From the NCBI RefSeq assembly GCF_009914755.1, contig NC_060931.1: a stretch of DNA of 64,000 nucleotides. One strand, written 5' to 3'. A model generated the notes under the pieces. The model searched no databases. It saw only the letters and a list, made by a program, of their open reading frames with translations, and had not been told where the DNA came from. Source of the stretch: the human T2T-CHM13v2.0 reference genome, Homo sapiens. Both the position numbers and the translations under genes were made by a program. This document shows positions 45,687 through 58,375 of this stretch, one piece after another. Position 1 is the first letter of the stretch. The number at the start of each line of letters is the position of its first letter.

Positions 45687-46184
45687 TCTTGTCTGGCAGT
45701 GTTGTGCATTAAATTTAGAATTTCATGTAAAGTGCTTAGAGCACAGTAAGCCCTTAACAACAACTATTATTATCATTATAACTAATATTATTAGCACATG
45801 CTAGATGTTCAATACATATTAGTGATTTCTGTCAGCAAGGAAACCTGAGACAAGTCTTTACATGCTTTATAACTCAGGTTTCTCCACTTGTAAAACAACA
45901 ACAACAACAACAACAAAAACCTGTCCCAATGTCACAAAAAGTGCACGGGACCCTAACAACTAATACCTCACTGGCTGTACACTGCATACAGGATGGCAGG
46001 AGGAGGCAGCATTTCTGTGAGAACAAGGCATTCCACATCTAGAAGATGCTGTGATTAGCAAGGATCACTGTGGGGAAGGGAGAAGTTACACGTGGAGAGA
46101 AAAGAAGAGCAAATCAGGACTTAAAAAATTACTGTGGATGAAAGGGGATGGCAAATCAAAAGCAAGGCAGGCACCAAAGGAGAC

Positions 46185-46770
46185 ACTTAGCACAGACATG
46201 CTGGGACCATGCACAGGGGCCACCTCTTGTGACCATCACAATCCCTAGTGACCTCAGTACAGACATGCTGGGACCACACACAGGGGCCACCTCTTGTGAC
46301 CATCACAATCCCCGGTGACCTCAGCACAGACACGCTGGGACCACACACAGGGGCCACCTCTTGTGACCATCACAATCCCCAGTGCCCTCAGCAGAGACAC
46401 ACTGGGATCACGCACAGGGGCCACCTCTTGTGACTATCACAATCCCCAGTGACCTCAGCACAGACACGCTGGGACCACACACAGAGGCCACCTCTTGTGA
46501 CCATCACAATCCCCGGTGACCTCAGCACAGACATGCTGGGACCACACACAGAGGCCACCTCTTATGACCATCACAATCCCCAGTGCCCTCAGCAGAGACA
46601 CACTGGGATCACGCACAGGGGCCACCTCTTGTGACTATCACAATCCCCAGTGACCTCAGCACAGACATGCTGGGACCACGCACAGGGGCCACCTCTTGTG
46701 ACCATCACAATCTCTGGTGACCTCAGCACAGACACGCTGTGATCACACACAGAGGCCACTTCCTGTGACC
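46185..46770. repeat. 67-bp VNTR, ~9 copies, with a 201-bp higher-order period
   Basis: ctgggacca at 46201, 46268, 46335; near-identical ORFs at 46248 and 46449. Confidence 0.95.
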
Positions 46771-47502
46771 ATTTTACCAAACCAGTAAAGCCTGGATTCC
46801 TTGGGAACCTACTTTGCCCCAGGAGCTCCGTAGAAGCATCGAATTGTGGTTTACGGAACTGGAGCAACACAAGTGAGGTTAATAGAGGGCTTTGCGCATG
46901 AAGCAGAAGATAAGCGCTGATGTCTCGACTGCTCGTGGGAATCCCCTGCTCATGGATGAGTCTGCGGCTGCCCCTTCTGAGCCGTGTCCCTGTATGGTAA
47001 AGTGTGGTCATGCAGCGCCTTATCCCATGGATGGCTGGGGGACTGAATGAGCTAGTCCATGCAGAGTTCAGCATGGTGCCAGGTGCTCTGTGAACGCTCA
47101 ATAATTTATGCTATTTGGTGTGATATGATGATGAAAGGAATTTTTATAACGGAAGGGATGTGAAAGGTTGTGTAATCCCACAACTGCAGCCCTCCTTGCC
47201 TGCTTTGCACATGCCTGCCTCGCAGGGGGCCCAGGGAAAGCCCCGCCCTGCACGTCACTCCTCACACAGTACGGTTCCCCCATCAGCAATAGCAGTGGGG
47301 GAACGAGGGGCCATGAGACCTGCCTGGCCTCCTCCTGTGGTTCCCGGGACGCGAGCACTGGTCGGTGCCACAGGAGGAGGCTGGAATACTCAGAGCTGCG
47401 GCTGGGAGCCTGCCTGGCCCTGAAGGCTGCTTCCTAGTCAGCTGGGCCTGGACCTGTCCTCCTTCCACGGGCCTGAGCAACCGCAGTTAGAAAAGCCACC
47501 TG

Positions 47503-47867
<365 letters not shown>

Positions 47868-48294
47868 TTAAGCAAAAGGACACAGCAATGGACGGCTGGG
47901 GCCCAGAGCGAAATTGGCGAATCTGACACTCATGAAGCCGAGAGCACCAGGTGTGACAGGAGCGGGTCTTACCCTGTCCCCTCCAGATGGGCCCAGCCAC
48001 CATGTTCTAATCTGAGGTCAGGAGGAGGGGACAGCGACCTGAGTACCCCATTTATCCTCTCCTCTGGGATTTTCTCCTCAAGATGACAGGGTGAGGAGGG
48101 GTTCTGGGTTCTGGTCTGGCACTGCCCTTTGAGATATTTATCTTCAAATATTCATTTCCTTTCCCATTTTAAACTGAAGAGTCTTGACTCATTCCAAATT
48201 GTACAGCCTCTGGCATCAAAATAACTTGAACCAGATCACCAAAATAACCTCCTTCCATGGGCAATTTCGGGATGCTTTTTGGCAGGAGGCTGTT

Positions 48295-48403
48295 TTCTTT
48301 TCTTTTCTTTTTTTTTTTTTTTGAGACTGAGTCTCGCTGTGTTGCCCAGGCTGGAGTGCAGTGGTGCAATCTTGGCTCGCTGCAAGCTCCGCCTCCCGGG
48401 TTC
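48295..48403 (-). mobile_element. 5'-truncated Alu (AluY-like right arm) with TSD ggctgtt
   Basis: ctgcaagctccgcctcccgggttc; ggctgtt at 48288 and 48404. Confidence 0.88.
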
Positions 48404-49290
48404 GGCTGTTCTCAGAGATTTGTGTGTCTGCCAGAGGGAGGTGGTCGGTGTTTGCAACGTGGCTTTCTGCTTGGAAGGACTGTGGCTCCGTGTCTCAGAG
48501 TTCTGGGCCTTGGGTGTCTCATGGGCCTGGTGCTGGGCAGCAGCGTGGAGCTGCCAGCAAGAGCAGCCTCCCTTCTGCTCTCAAGACTCAGGCCTTGGGA
48601 ACAAGGCTGTGACTGTTGTTACCCACACACGCATGTGAGTGTGCAGCCTCTCCGGGGAGAGTGGGTGACCTGGGGGAGTCAAGGCAGGTGGAACAAGCCA
48701 TCCACTTCTGCACTGGTGCCGTCCACTCAGAGAACCCGTCTAGCAGCGGAGATGCTGCTCCCAAGCTGAGAGATGTGGTCCTGCGGGGGCTGGTGGGGGC
48801 AGAAGACATTTCCTCAAGACACTGGCAGTTACTGGAGGAAGGTGAGAGGTAAACGTCATTATATTTTTAAAAACACTGTAGACTTTGAGAGCTTTGTGTG
48901 CTCATTTACTTTTCCTTAGGTTGAGACTGAAAACGTCAACACAGGAGGCTGGTCTCGTCCATCTTCTCAGAGGTCATCCTTCAGGGAAATGGGAAACTCA
49001 GACCAACCGTGTTTTAAGAAGCGTCCTTTAGTAGAAGTCAGGGCAGGCACCGCGGCTCCACGCTTACTTTCGAGGGTGCTGGCGGGTGTGGCTGGAGCTC
49101 ACTCTCACTGCCGGAAGTGAGGAGCCTCTCCAACTCACTCAGGGGAGATTTTTAAAAATAGTCTTATTTCTCACAAAAATAACCACTTCCCTGGGCTGAA
49201 AACTCCCCTGGAGTCTGTCAGTGCAGAGCAGCGCTGGGCTCAGGATCCGAGATGGGAGCGAGGAGCTGTTCCACCCACAACAAGCAGGTG

Positions 49291-49475
49291 CCCACAGCGT
49301 CCCTGGGTCCAGACATGGAAGACCCCACAGCGTCCCTGGGTTCGGAGATGGGAGACCCCGCAGCGTCCCTGGGTCCGGAGATGGGAGACCCCGCAGCGTC
49401 CCTGGGTCCGGACAGGGGAGAGGCCCTGCAGCGTCCCTGGGTCCGGACATGGGAGAGGCCCCGCAGTGTCCCTGA
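49291..49475. repeat. 33-35 bp VNTR, ~5.5 copies
   Basis: cagcgtccctgggt at 49295, 49328, 49361, 49394, 49429. Confidence 0.93.
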
Positions 49476-52264
49476 GTCTCCTGGACAGCGGCCACCCCAT
49501 GCCCAGTGCTGACGGGCGCCCCTCGTGACTCCCTCTTTCAGGGCTGGTGGTCATGTCTGCGTGATGGAAAGGGAGCAGGAAGCTGAAGGGTAGGATGGGG
49601 AACAGGCTCACATCTGTGATGGGAAAGTCTGCCTTGACCTCTCAAGGAAAGGCTCAATTTTTAGGGGAATGATTTCCAAATCATTTAAGAGGCCCCAAGA
49701 GGAGAGATGCAGAGGAGGGGATGGTCTCTCACTGCAGCCCTGGTCTCATTCTCCACAGGGGAGGCTCCTCCCCTCTGCTCCATCCCCATGGGAGCCAGGG
49801 CCTCGCCTCTGCCATCTGGGATGTGAAACCTGTGGCTTCACTTCCAGACTCAGCAGAGGAAGAGGCCACGGGGTCTCTGATGAGCACGTGGAATCTTGCC
49901 CCTTAAATCTTGCTGTCTGAGGAATGGGGACATCATTTAGACACAGGCCAGAGAGTGCCCAAGGCCCAAGGAAAGTTGAGCCCATGGCTGCTTCTGACAT
50001 CAGCCACTAGCTAAGCTCAGCCCTCAGGAGCCCTTGGAGCCCCTGACCCGTCAGCCAGGGCTGGCACTCAGGAACCAGAGCTGCTGGGAGGCCCAGGTCG
50101 TGGCCACGTGCACAGGCACCGGAGACATCCTTGGGTGGCCTCCTGTTCCTCCTCTGAATAAGGGCTGGTTTCCCAGAGAAGAGTGTGCACTGCTGTTACC
50201 CCAAGTGAGCCTGCGGTGATAACTGCAGTGTGATTTTGCAGCTTCTTTGCAGGGTGGCATCCGGCTCTGGTGGTGACGTTTTAAAGAGGAAGATCCTGCG
50301 TGTACACGGCTGTGAGGCAGACAGCCCGTAATCAGTGCGACTCCATGCCGTGCCACACACCTTATTTTAAGCCACGTGTTTCCTTTATGGTATGTCCAAG
50401 TTAGAGGGAGAACTTATTTTCTTTTAAAATCCAAACATGACATTTCTGAAGTATAGAAACAGAGACATTTGGAGCTTTTTATCCCATTGAGACCTAGTTC
50501 ATGCACAGAGTTTAGGATTAAAAAAGGCAACTGACCTAGGAAGTGGGGGCCTTTGCTTTGCTAGCAAATATTTGTACTTTGCTTTAAAACATGTGCCTGG
50601 CAGATCTCCTGAACCTAGTCCCAAGGAGACATCAGATAGACCCCAGCAAAGCCACTTCGTGAAATGAGAGGGCTGAGGTCTCTGAGGGCATCACGGCCAC
50701 AAAGATGGAGAGGGGCTAGGGAGAGTTCCAGATTAAAGCCGGGGAGCCACCACAACCACACACAGCGCACTATCCTGGCCTGGAGTCTATGAAATCGGAG
50801 CCGAGACAGCAAATCATATGACAGCATTAGTGAAAATGGGACATTTCCTAAATTTGATGACACTACTGAAGAGATTTAAGAGACCAGCCCTGCTTTTAGG
50901 GGATTCCTAACATTTAAGGGGTGAAAAGGCGTGTGTGCAAGTGACTGTGTGCTGCACACACCCAGTGTGAGGGCCGGGCAAATGCTCACAGCCGGTGACA
51001 GGGCTCACAGTCGGGGAACCTGGCCCTGTTCTTGCAACTAACTTCAAAACAGCTGCTAAGAAAGATACAGCAGAGAGAATGTGACAACTGAGTTTCCTCT
51101 TTGTACTGACAAAGTCTGGGGTTCAAAGGCAAAGCACGTATAAATTTAAGTGGTTTTTTTAGTACTTAAAATTTGATTTTTGTAAATATAAAACCAATAT
51201 ATTCTTATTTTTGAAAAAGCAGAAAATAGAGCAAAAGGACTATTAAGAGGGAGAACAGGAGTGTCACCGGAAGCCCCAGACTCAAGGCCCTGCTGTTCTG
51301 CCCCCTTGGCCGTTATCCAGCCCACGGTGGTCTCCACGAGCCCCTGCTCCTGTCCAGGCTCCAAATCACATCGACATGACAGTTGGTGCCGACCTGACAG
51401 GCAGTAGGTGAATCCCTTCAAAACTCTTCCTTCTCTCTTTTTTTTTAAGTCTTTAACAGACCTCCCTAGAACCCTGAAATTTGGGTTTCCACACTTTCTT
51501 CAATACAGTTGTTTCTGAGGACCATAAATGCTGAGTCCTGAAGCATGTGCTGTGTGTCCTGGAGGGGCCAGTGTGGTGTGTGGTGTATGATCTGGAGGCT
51601 CCCCGGGGGCTCCTGGCAACAAGCTGCAGGACGCACACCTTCTCAGAACCAGCGCCCCTGCCCCACCCACCTGTGGAGCCCAAGAGCCAGCTGCTGGGTG
51701 CCCAAGCTGAACATCTGCCGCCCACATACAGACCTCCCCTTAAGGGGAGCAGCAGGGAGGCTGGACCCTTCCCCAGAGCACAATGCCGGAGGTCCCACCC
51801 AAGGCTGCCCAAGCCCAAAGACAGGCCTCCTATCCATCGAGGCCCGGAGAGTTTCAACCCCTGCCTGGGGCCACACACTCCTTCATGCAGAGCCTGGTGT
51901 GCAGACCCTGCTGCCTTGGATGGTCCATCCTGGGTCAGGCACGTACCTCCCCTCCTCCGGCATCGGCCAGCTCCATGCCCAGAAGCGCCTGGCGCACCGC
52001 TGTGTTTCCTACAGGTCCGCTGCCCTGTGCTGCACATCATCCTGGTGTGCTCCTCCATCCTTCCACCTTCCTGATCATGTGGACCTCTAATTCCTTCACC
52101 TTCATCTCCCTCCCATTAGGAGAATCTTCCCTAGCGGATTCCTTTAGAACTTAAAGAACTTGGAGACCCAATCGCCATCCCCAGGCACCAGCGTATCTGT
52201 GCATTTCCTTCTTAACCTCCTTCCCTGGTCCCGTATCTCCTTTGGCCCTGAAAAGACTCATCCA

Positions 52265-52270
52265 TTTATT
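52265..52270 (-). terminator. Candidate intronic poly(A) signal AATAAA downstream of the alternative exon
   Basis: tttatt on the plus strand, about 190 nt past the 52454 donor. Confidence 0.4.
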
Positions 52271-52454
52271 TGGAAAGTATTAAGCATCACATGCACAGGT
52301 TAAAACTAAACAGCAGAAAAGTGCTCATAATCCTGTCTGGTTGTGCCAGGTGACAGCTGAATGATTTCTGCCTGTGGCCAGATTTCTGCCCCTGCCTGAG
52401 GTCAGTCTCGTGGCCCCCGCAGCAGCCACAGGCCCAGCTCTTGTCCCGGCCCAC

Positions 52455-52763
52455 CTCGGGATGCTTCCGCCGTACTGTGTCCATGGCTGAGACCACCCTC
52501 TCTGTGGCCGCCTTGCTGTCCCCGTTCCCATCACTCGATGAGCCAATGCCCTCGTGGCTGGCATTGAGCTTGGCACCTGCTGGGCCTGAGGACCATGAGG
52601 GGAGGCTTCCTTCAGAAAAGCTGCTGCTCTCAGAGGTGATTTGGGGCAGGCCGCTCTGGGGGTCTCTGGCAGGCTCCTCCTGGCACCCTGGGAGGCTGGT
52701 GTGTCCTTGCAGGGTTGCAGGAGGGTTGGCGGGATGATCAGATGGTGCCTCCCACAAAGGCAT
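52455..52763 (-). CDS. VIPR2: Alternative first coding segment of VIPR2 (103 aa, MPLWEAPSDH...RRKHPE) replacing the signal peptide and ectodomain
   Basis: ATG at 52763, 309 nt open, ends GAG|gtgggc in phase 0, so it joins exon 5 in frame. The sequence matches my recollection of the N-terminus of an annotated shorter VPAC2 isoform (not verified by search). Confidence 0.72.
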
Positions 52764-55700
52764 CTGCAGTGCCAGCTGCTGTGATCTTTGTCACCAGGGA
52801 TGGGAGCCCTGGGGAGTGAAGTTTGCCATCAGTGGGAACGAGTCACTGCGGTGGCCTGAGTGCTGGAGGAGGGCAGAGGCTTATTTTTAGGGATGTGGCG
52901 TAACACGGAAGAAATGTGTGCACTTGAAGCATGGGGAGGCCGAAATGCCAAACAGTTCTCTTGGCTAAATTTAGCAGACGTGCTCTTTATGTAAGAACGG
53001 AGTTAACCAGTATGTAACACAGAAGACTTACGGGAGCCGGCCCCCTCGCGTGCCCACCACGGTGTGCTGCTGAGGCCATTCCCGGGAACGCCACACTCCG
53101 CCCTGGCCACCTCCACCACAGAAGCAATGGCAGGGCTGTGAGTGCCCAGGGTGTTAGAGATTCTACTGCCTTGCCCCTGCCTGACCCTGACTCAAGGAGG
53201 GAGGCCCCCACTCTGTGCTCTTTCATCAGTGCCCAAGATGAAATCCAAATCACCAAGGAGAATTCCCACTCCTTTTGGGCTTTTGACACAACGTATGCTT
53301 TTCAGTGCCTTGTTTCAAGAAACAGGCTTGAAGAGGCACCTTTCAGAAGCTGAGCAGCAATTGTAGCCAGTTGGGACACACAGACCAAGATTTCTGGGTC
53401 TGATCCCAGGAGTGGGATAGGGCGGGCAACAGGGCTTTGTGCAAAGTCACTCAGCCATCGGTGAGTGACAGCTGGGTGGGTTCTCAGGCCTGGACTGCTG
53501 AGGCCAAGGCTTCTGGCCTCTTGTGTAAGGATTCCAGGCTCTGACTCCAACTGGCACCAGCTGGGAACGTGCTGGAAAGGCAGGGTCTCAGCCCCCACAC
53601 AGACCCACTGGGCCAGAGCCCGCACCACGATCAGTCCCAGGAGCTCCTCCGTGGCCTCTTGGAAGCCTGAGCCCTGCCGGGGCAAGCGGAATCCCCAGCC
53701 TCACACCAGCCCGGCCACTGCCGCTCCCGTCCTCTGCCTGAGCTGTTCTGTTTTCCACGCAGTGGGAACCCCGGCCCCCATCCATCAGCACAGAAGAGTT
53801 GTGATGGGATGAAGGGCAGGGCAGGGCAGGGCCGGGTGGTCGGGCCCCAGCACACGGCTCGGGGAGCCTCCCACACTTGGTGATCCCGAGCCCTCAGTCT
53901 GCTGGTGGTGGTGCTCGAGAACTGTGGCTTACAGTGCGGGTGGGCAAGCGGAGAGGAGCAGCTGTGGAGGGCAAGGACTGGGGCCATTGCTCCTTGATAC
54001 ACTGTGGATGAAACCCTTTACTCAGTGAAGACCTAAGACTCCCCCAGGCCTGAAAGCTGGTCTTGGCAGGAAGAGGACACAGACGGGAAGACCTTGGACA
54101 GGGAGACTGATCCCTGGCTGGCTTATCTGCTTCAGGATCTGACTGCAGCAGGTGAGACCCCAAATAAAGGCCCAGACCATGGCCACGGCTGGTGCGGCCC
54201 CTTGGGCTCCAGGTCCAGATGAGATGCAGCTGCTCAGCAGTGCCCAGGGCTGCCCTAGAGCCCTCTGGTCCGCAGAGCCCTTCTCCTCCCAGGGGCTCCC
54301 ACACCCACATCTCTGCTGATTCCCTCACACATGTAGCCAAGTCTGTGGCTTCTGTGGAGGCTAATTTTTTTTCTCGAATTTAATTAATTTCGAAAACAAT
54401 AAACAATAATGATTGCACACACAACACCCAGGGCGGACTTTGGCCCTGTGCAAGCAGGAAACACAACTAAAAATGTGAATCTGGGAAGCAAGTGGGCCTG
54501 ATGGGACGAAGCGTGAGCTCCGGGCAGGAGAAACTCTGTTCAGTTCAGCTCCCAGGCAGCCCTGCGCTCGCCGGTGGGCAGAGCCGGCCCAGGACCGTGC
54601 ATGTCCACCCCGTGGCTGCCTGGGGCCTGTTCTGGTGCTTGCAGCCTCCAGAGCCGCCTGTGCTATGTGCGGTTGCTTCGTCTTGGAAGCGAGTCCCTAA
54701 ACCAACCAAGTATTCAAAGTATTCAACGAGCAGAAACTGCAACAGGAAGAAAAATTATTCATTTTGGTTTTGTGCCATCCTTTTCTTTGCTTTCTCACTT
54801 TAAAATATTTTGACTTTCTAATCCCTTAGCAGTGAATATGCACTTATAATATTTGCAGAATCTCTGAAATGTTTAATTAAGAAGAAAAATAGTTCTTCAG
54901 ACTAAACAGCAAAGCATCAGGGGATCACAGAGCCACTATGCTCACGCAGGCAGGGTTTACTTACAGGCCTCGATGAAGGACCAGTGGACCCAGAAGAGCT
55001 TGCCACGTGTCCCTGGGATGCCTCACAGGGTGTGCCCAGGAGGAGACAGGAGATAAGGAGCTTGGGCATGACTCTGTGGGCTGACATTGCCACAGCAGGC
55101 GGCGGCTGTCACTGCCTCCCAGATCCACATCACTCTTTATAACCCAGGCTGGGGCTCAGAAAGGAGGTTCCCAGGGAATGCTTATTGAATAAAGGAAGGA
55201 GAGAATGAACGACGGAGCCTGCACATACGGGGCTCTGGGTGACGCTGCTGGGGGCCTTGGTCTCTGCTCTTCACCAGCACCTCTGTCCTAATGTCTCCCA
55301 GGCACAGTTGCCGGCTAGGTGCAGACGAAGATGAAGACTCAGAGGTGGTGCCTCCAACACACCGGGGATCCCACCTGGACCTTGAAATCCCCCCCAGGCC
55401 ACAGAAGCCCCTGAGACCCCTGGCTGCTCCCTTTCCTATGGAAGCCTGGGGCAGATGGTATTATCACTGCTGTGATCTCACACACCAGAGCCGCTGTCAG
55501 CCATGGTGTGTGATGACAGAGGCCGCAATGTTCCCCCTCTCCCTGGCTGAGCTGGGTGCAGCCATGCGCCCCAGGATCCTCCCTGAGGACCTTCCTCAAG
55601 GGCTCACAGCCATGCGTGCTGGAGCTGGGCCCCCAACACTCAACTCAGTCTTCTCTCAACTCCACTGGATGCCATGGGGGACAGCGCATCTTAGACGGGC

Positions 55701-55934
55701 CCACAGGTCAATGTGGTCCCCAGCCAGGCGACTCCTGCAGGTGCCTTCAACCCACTCAGGGAGGGCGGTGGGGCCAGGAGCTGTCCCGACCAGATGGCAA
55801 CAAGCAGACTGCATGGGAATCAGACTACCAGGGCCTGGCTGTGGCTGCTCACCAGTGGGGAGCACACCTCACCACTCCCCTAAGCCTCAGCTTCTCCATC
55901 CATGCAGTGAGTTGTTTTCAAGCCTAACTAAAGT

Positions 55935-56189
55935 AACACAGTGACAGTGGGCTCACAGTAACACCTGCCAATGCCAGCCAGCACCACCTTATCCACTGAA
56001 CACAATGACAGTGGGTTCACAGTAACACCCGCCAATGCCAGCCAGCACCACCTTATCCACTGAACACAGTGACAGTGGGCTCACAGTAACACCTGCCCAT
56101 GCCAGCCAGCACCACCTTATCCGCTGAACACAATGACAGTGGGTTCACAGTAACACCTGCCAATGCCAGCCAGCACCACCTTATCCACT
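55935..56189. repeat. 64-bp tandem repeat, 4 copies
   Basis: aacaca(g/a)tgacagtggg at 55935, 55999, 56063, 56127. Confidence 0.95.
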
Positions 56190-56196
56190 AGCCACG

Positions 56197-58375
56197 TGAT
56201 ATGGTTTTCCTGTGTCCCCGCCCAAATCTCATATTGAATTGTAGCTCCCATAATTCCGACATGTGGGAGGGACCCAGTGGGAGGTAACTGAATCATGCAG
56301 GCCGTTCCCCTGACTGTTCTTGTGGTAGTGAACGGGTCTCACGAGATCCGATGAGGCGGTTCCGACTGTTCCTGTGATAGTGAACGGGTCTCAGATCCGA
56401 CGAGGCGGTTCCCCCAACTGTTCCTGTGATAGTGAACGGGTCTCACGAGATCTGACGAGGCCGTTCCCCCGACTGTTCCTGTGATAGTGAATGGGTCTCA
56501 CGAGATCCGACAAGGCCGTTCCCCCGACTGTTCCTGTGGTAGTGAACGGGTCTCACGAGATCCGATGAGGCGGTTCCGACTGTTCCTGTGATAGTGAACG
56601 GGTCTCACGAGATCCGACGAGGCGGTTCCGACTGTTCCCGTGGTAGTGAACTGGTCTCACGAGATCCGACAAGGCCGTTCCCCCGACTGTTCCTGTGGTA
56701 GTGAACGGGTCTCACGAGATCCGACGAGGCGGTTCCCCTGACTGTTCCTGTGGTAGTGAACGGGTCTCACGAGATCCGACGAGGCGGTTCCGACTGTTCC
56801 TGTGGTAGTGAATGAGTCTCATGAGATCCGACGAGGCCGTTCCCCCGACTGTTCCTGTGGTAGTGAACGGGTCTCACGAGATCCGACGAGGCGGTTCCCC
56901 CGACTGTTCCTGTGATAGTGAACGGGTCTCACGAGATCCGATGAGGCGGTTCCCCCGACTGTTCCTGTGATAGTGAACGGGTCTCACGAGATCCGACGAG
57001 GCCGTTCCCCCGACTGTTCCTGTGATAGTGAACGGGTCTCACGAGATCCGATGAGGCGGTTCCCCCGACTGTTCCTGTGATAGTGAACGGGTCTCACGAG
57101 ATCCGATGAGGCGGTTCCGACTGTTCCTGTGATAGTGAACGGGTCTCACGAGATCCGACGAGGCCGTTCCCCCGACTGTTCCTGTGATAGTGAACGGGTC
57201 TCACGAGATCCGATGAGGCGGTTCCCCCGACTGTTCCTGTGATAGTGAACGGGTCTCACGAGATCCGACGAGGCGGTTCCCCTGACTGTTCCTGTGGTAG
57301 TGAACGGGTCTCACGAGATCCGACGAGGCGGTTCCGACCGTTCCTGTGGTAGTGAACGGGTCTCACGAGATCCGACGAGGCGGTTCCGACTGTTCCTGTG
57401 GTAGTGAATGAGTCTCACGAGATCCGACAAGGCCGTTCCCCTGACTGTTCCTGTGATAGTGAACGGGTCTCACGAGATCCGACGAGGCGGTTCCCCTGAC
57501 TGTTCCTGTGGTAGTGAACGGGTCTCACGAGATCCGACGAGGCGGTTCCGACCGTTCCTGTGGTAGTGAACGGGTCTCACGAGATCCGACGAGGCCGTTC
57601 CCCCGACTGTTCCTGTGGTAGTGAACGGGTCTCACGAGATCCGACGAGGCGGTTCCGACTGTTCCTGTGGTAGTGAACGGGTCTCACGAGATCCGACGAG
57701 GCCGTTCCCCCGACTGTTCCTGTGGTAGTGAATGAGTCTCACGAGATCCGACGAGGCGGTTCCGACTGTTCCTGTGATAGTGAACGGGTCTCACGAGATC
57801 CGACGAGGCCGTTCCCCCGACCGTTCCTGTGGTAGTGAACGGATCTCACGAGATCCGACGAGGCGGTTCCCACTGTTCCTGTGGTAGTGAACGGGTCTCA
57901 CGAGATCCAACGAGGTGGTTCCCCCGACTGTTCCTGTGATAGTGAACGGGTCTCACGAGATCCGACGAGGCGGTTCCAACTGTTCCTGTGGTAGTGAATG
58001 AGTCTCACGAGATCCGACGAGGTGGTTCCGACTGTTCCTGTGGTAGTGAATGAGTCTCACGAGATCCGACGAGGCGGTTCCGACTGTTCCTGTGATAGTG
58101 AACGGGTCTCAGAAGATCCGATGAGGCGGTTCCGACTGTTCCTGTGATAGTGAATGGGTCTCACGAGATCTGATGGTTTGATAAGGGGTTTCCCTTTTCG
58201 CTTGACTCTGATTCTCTCTTTCACCTGCTGCCATGTAGGATGTGCCTTGCACCTTCTGCCATGATTTTGAGGCCTCCTCAGCCACACGGAACTGTGAGTC
58301 CATCAAAGCTCTGTTTCTTATAAATTACCCAATCTCAGATACGTCTTTATCAGCAGTGTGATAATGACCCATATA
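56197..58375 (+). mobile_element. THE1 (THE1B/C-like) MaLR solo LTR inflated by an internal VNTR
   Basis: Starts tgatatggtt...cccaaatctcat; resumes gagatctgatggttt...ggaactgtgagtcca...tataaattaccca; 5-bp TSD ccacg / ccatg. Confidence 0.92.
56299..58172. repeat. 52/55-bp CpG-rich VNTR, ~35 copies
   Basis: gaggcggttcc(ccc)gactgttcctgtg(a/g)tagtgaacgggtctcacgagatccgac. Confidence 0.97.

Noticed and set aside
56299-58172. CRISPR-like appearance of the regular arrays
   Set aside because: Units are contiguous with no unique spacers, there are no cas genes, and the DNA is primate; these are minisatellites.
58272-58287. THE1 PRDM9 hotspot motif
   Set aside because: It reads CCTCCTCAGCCAC and lacks the required T at position 7.
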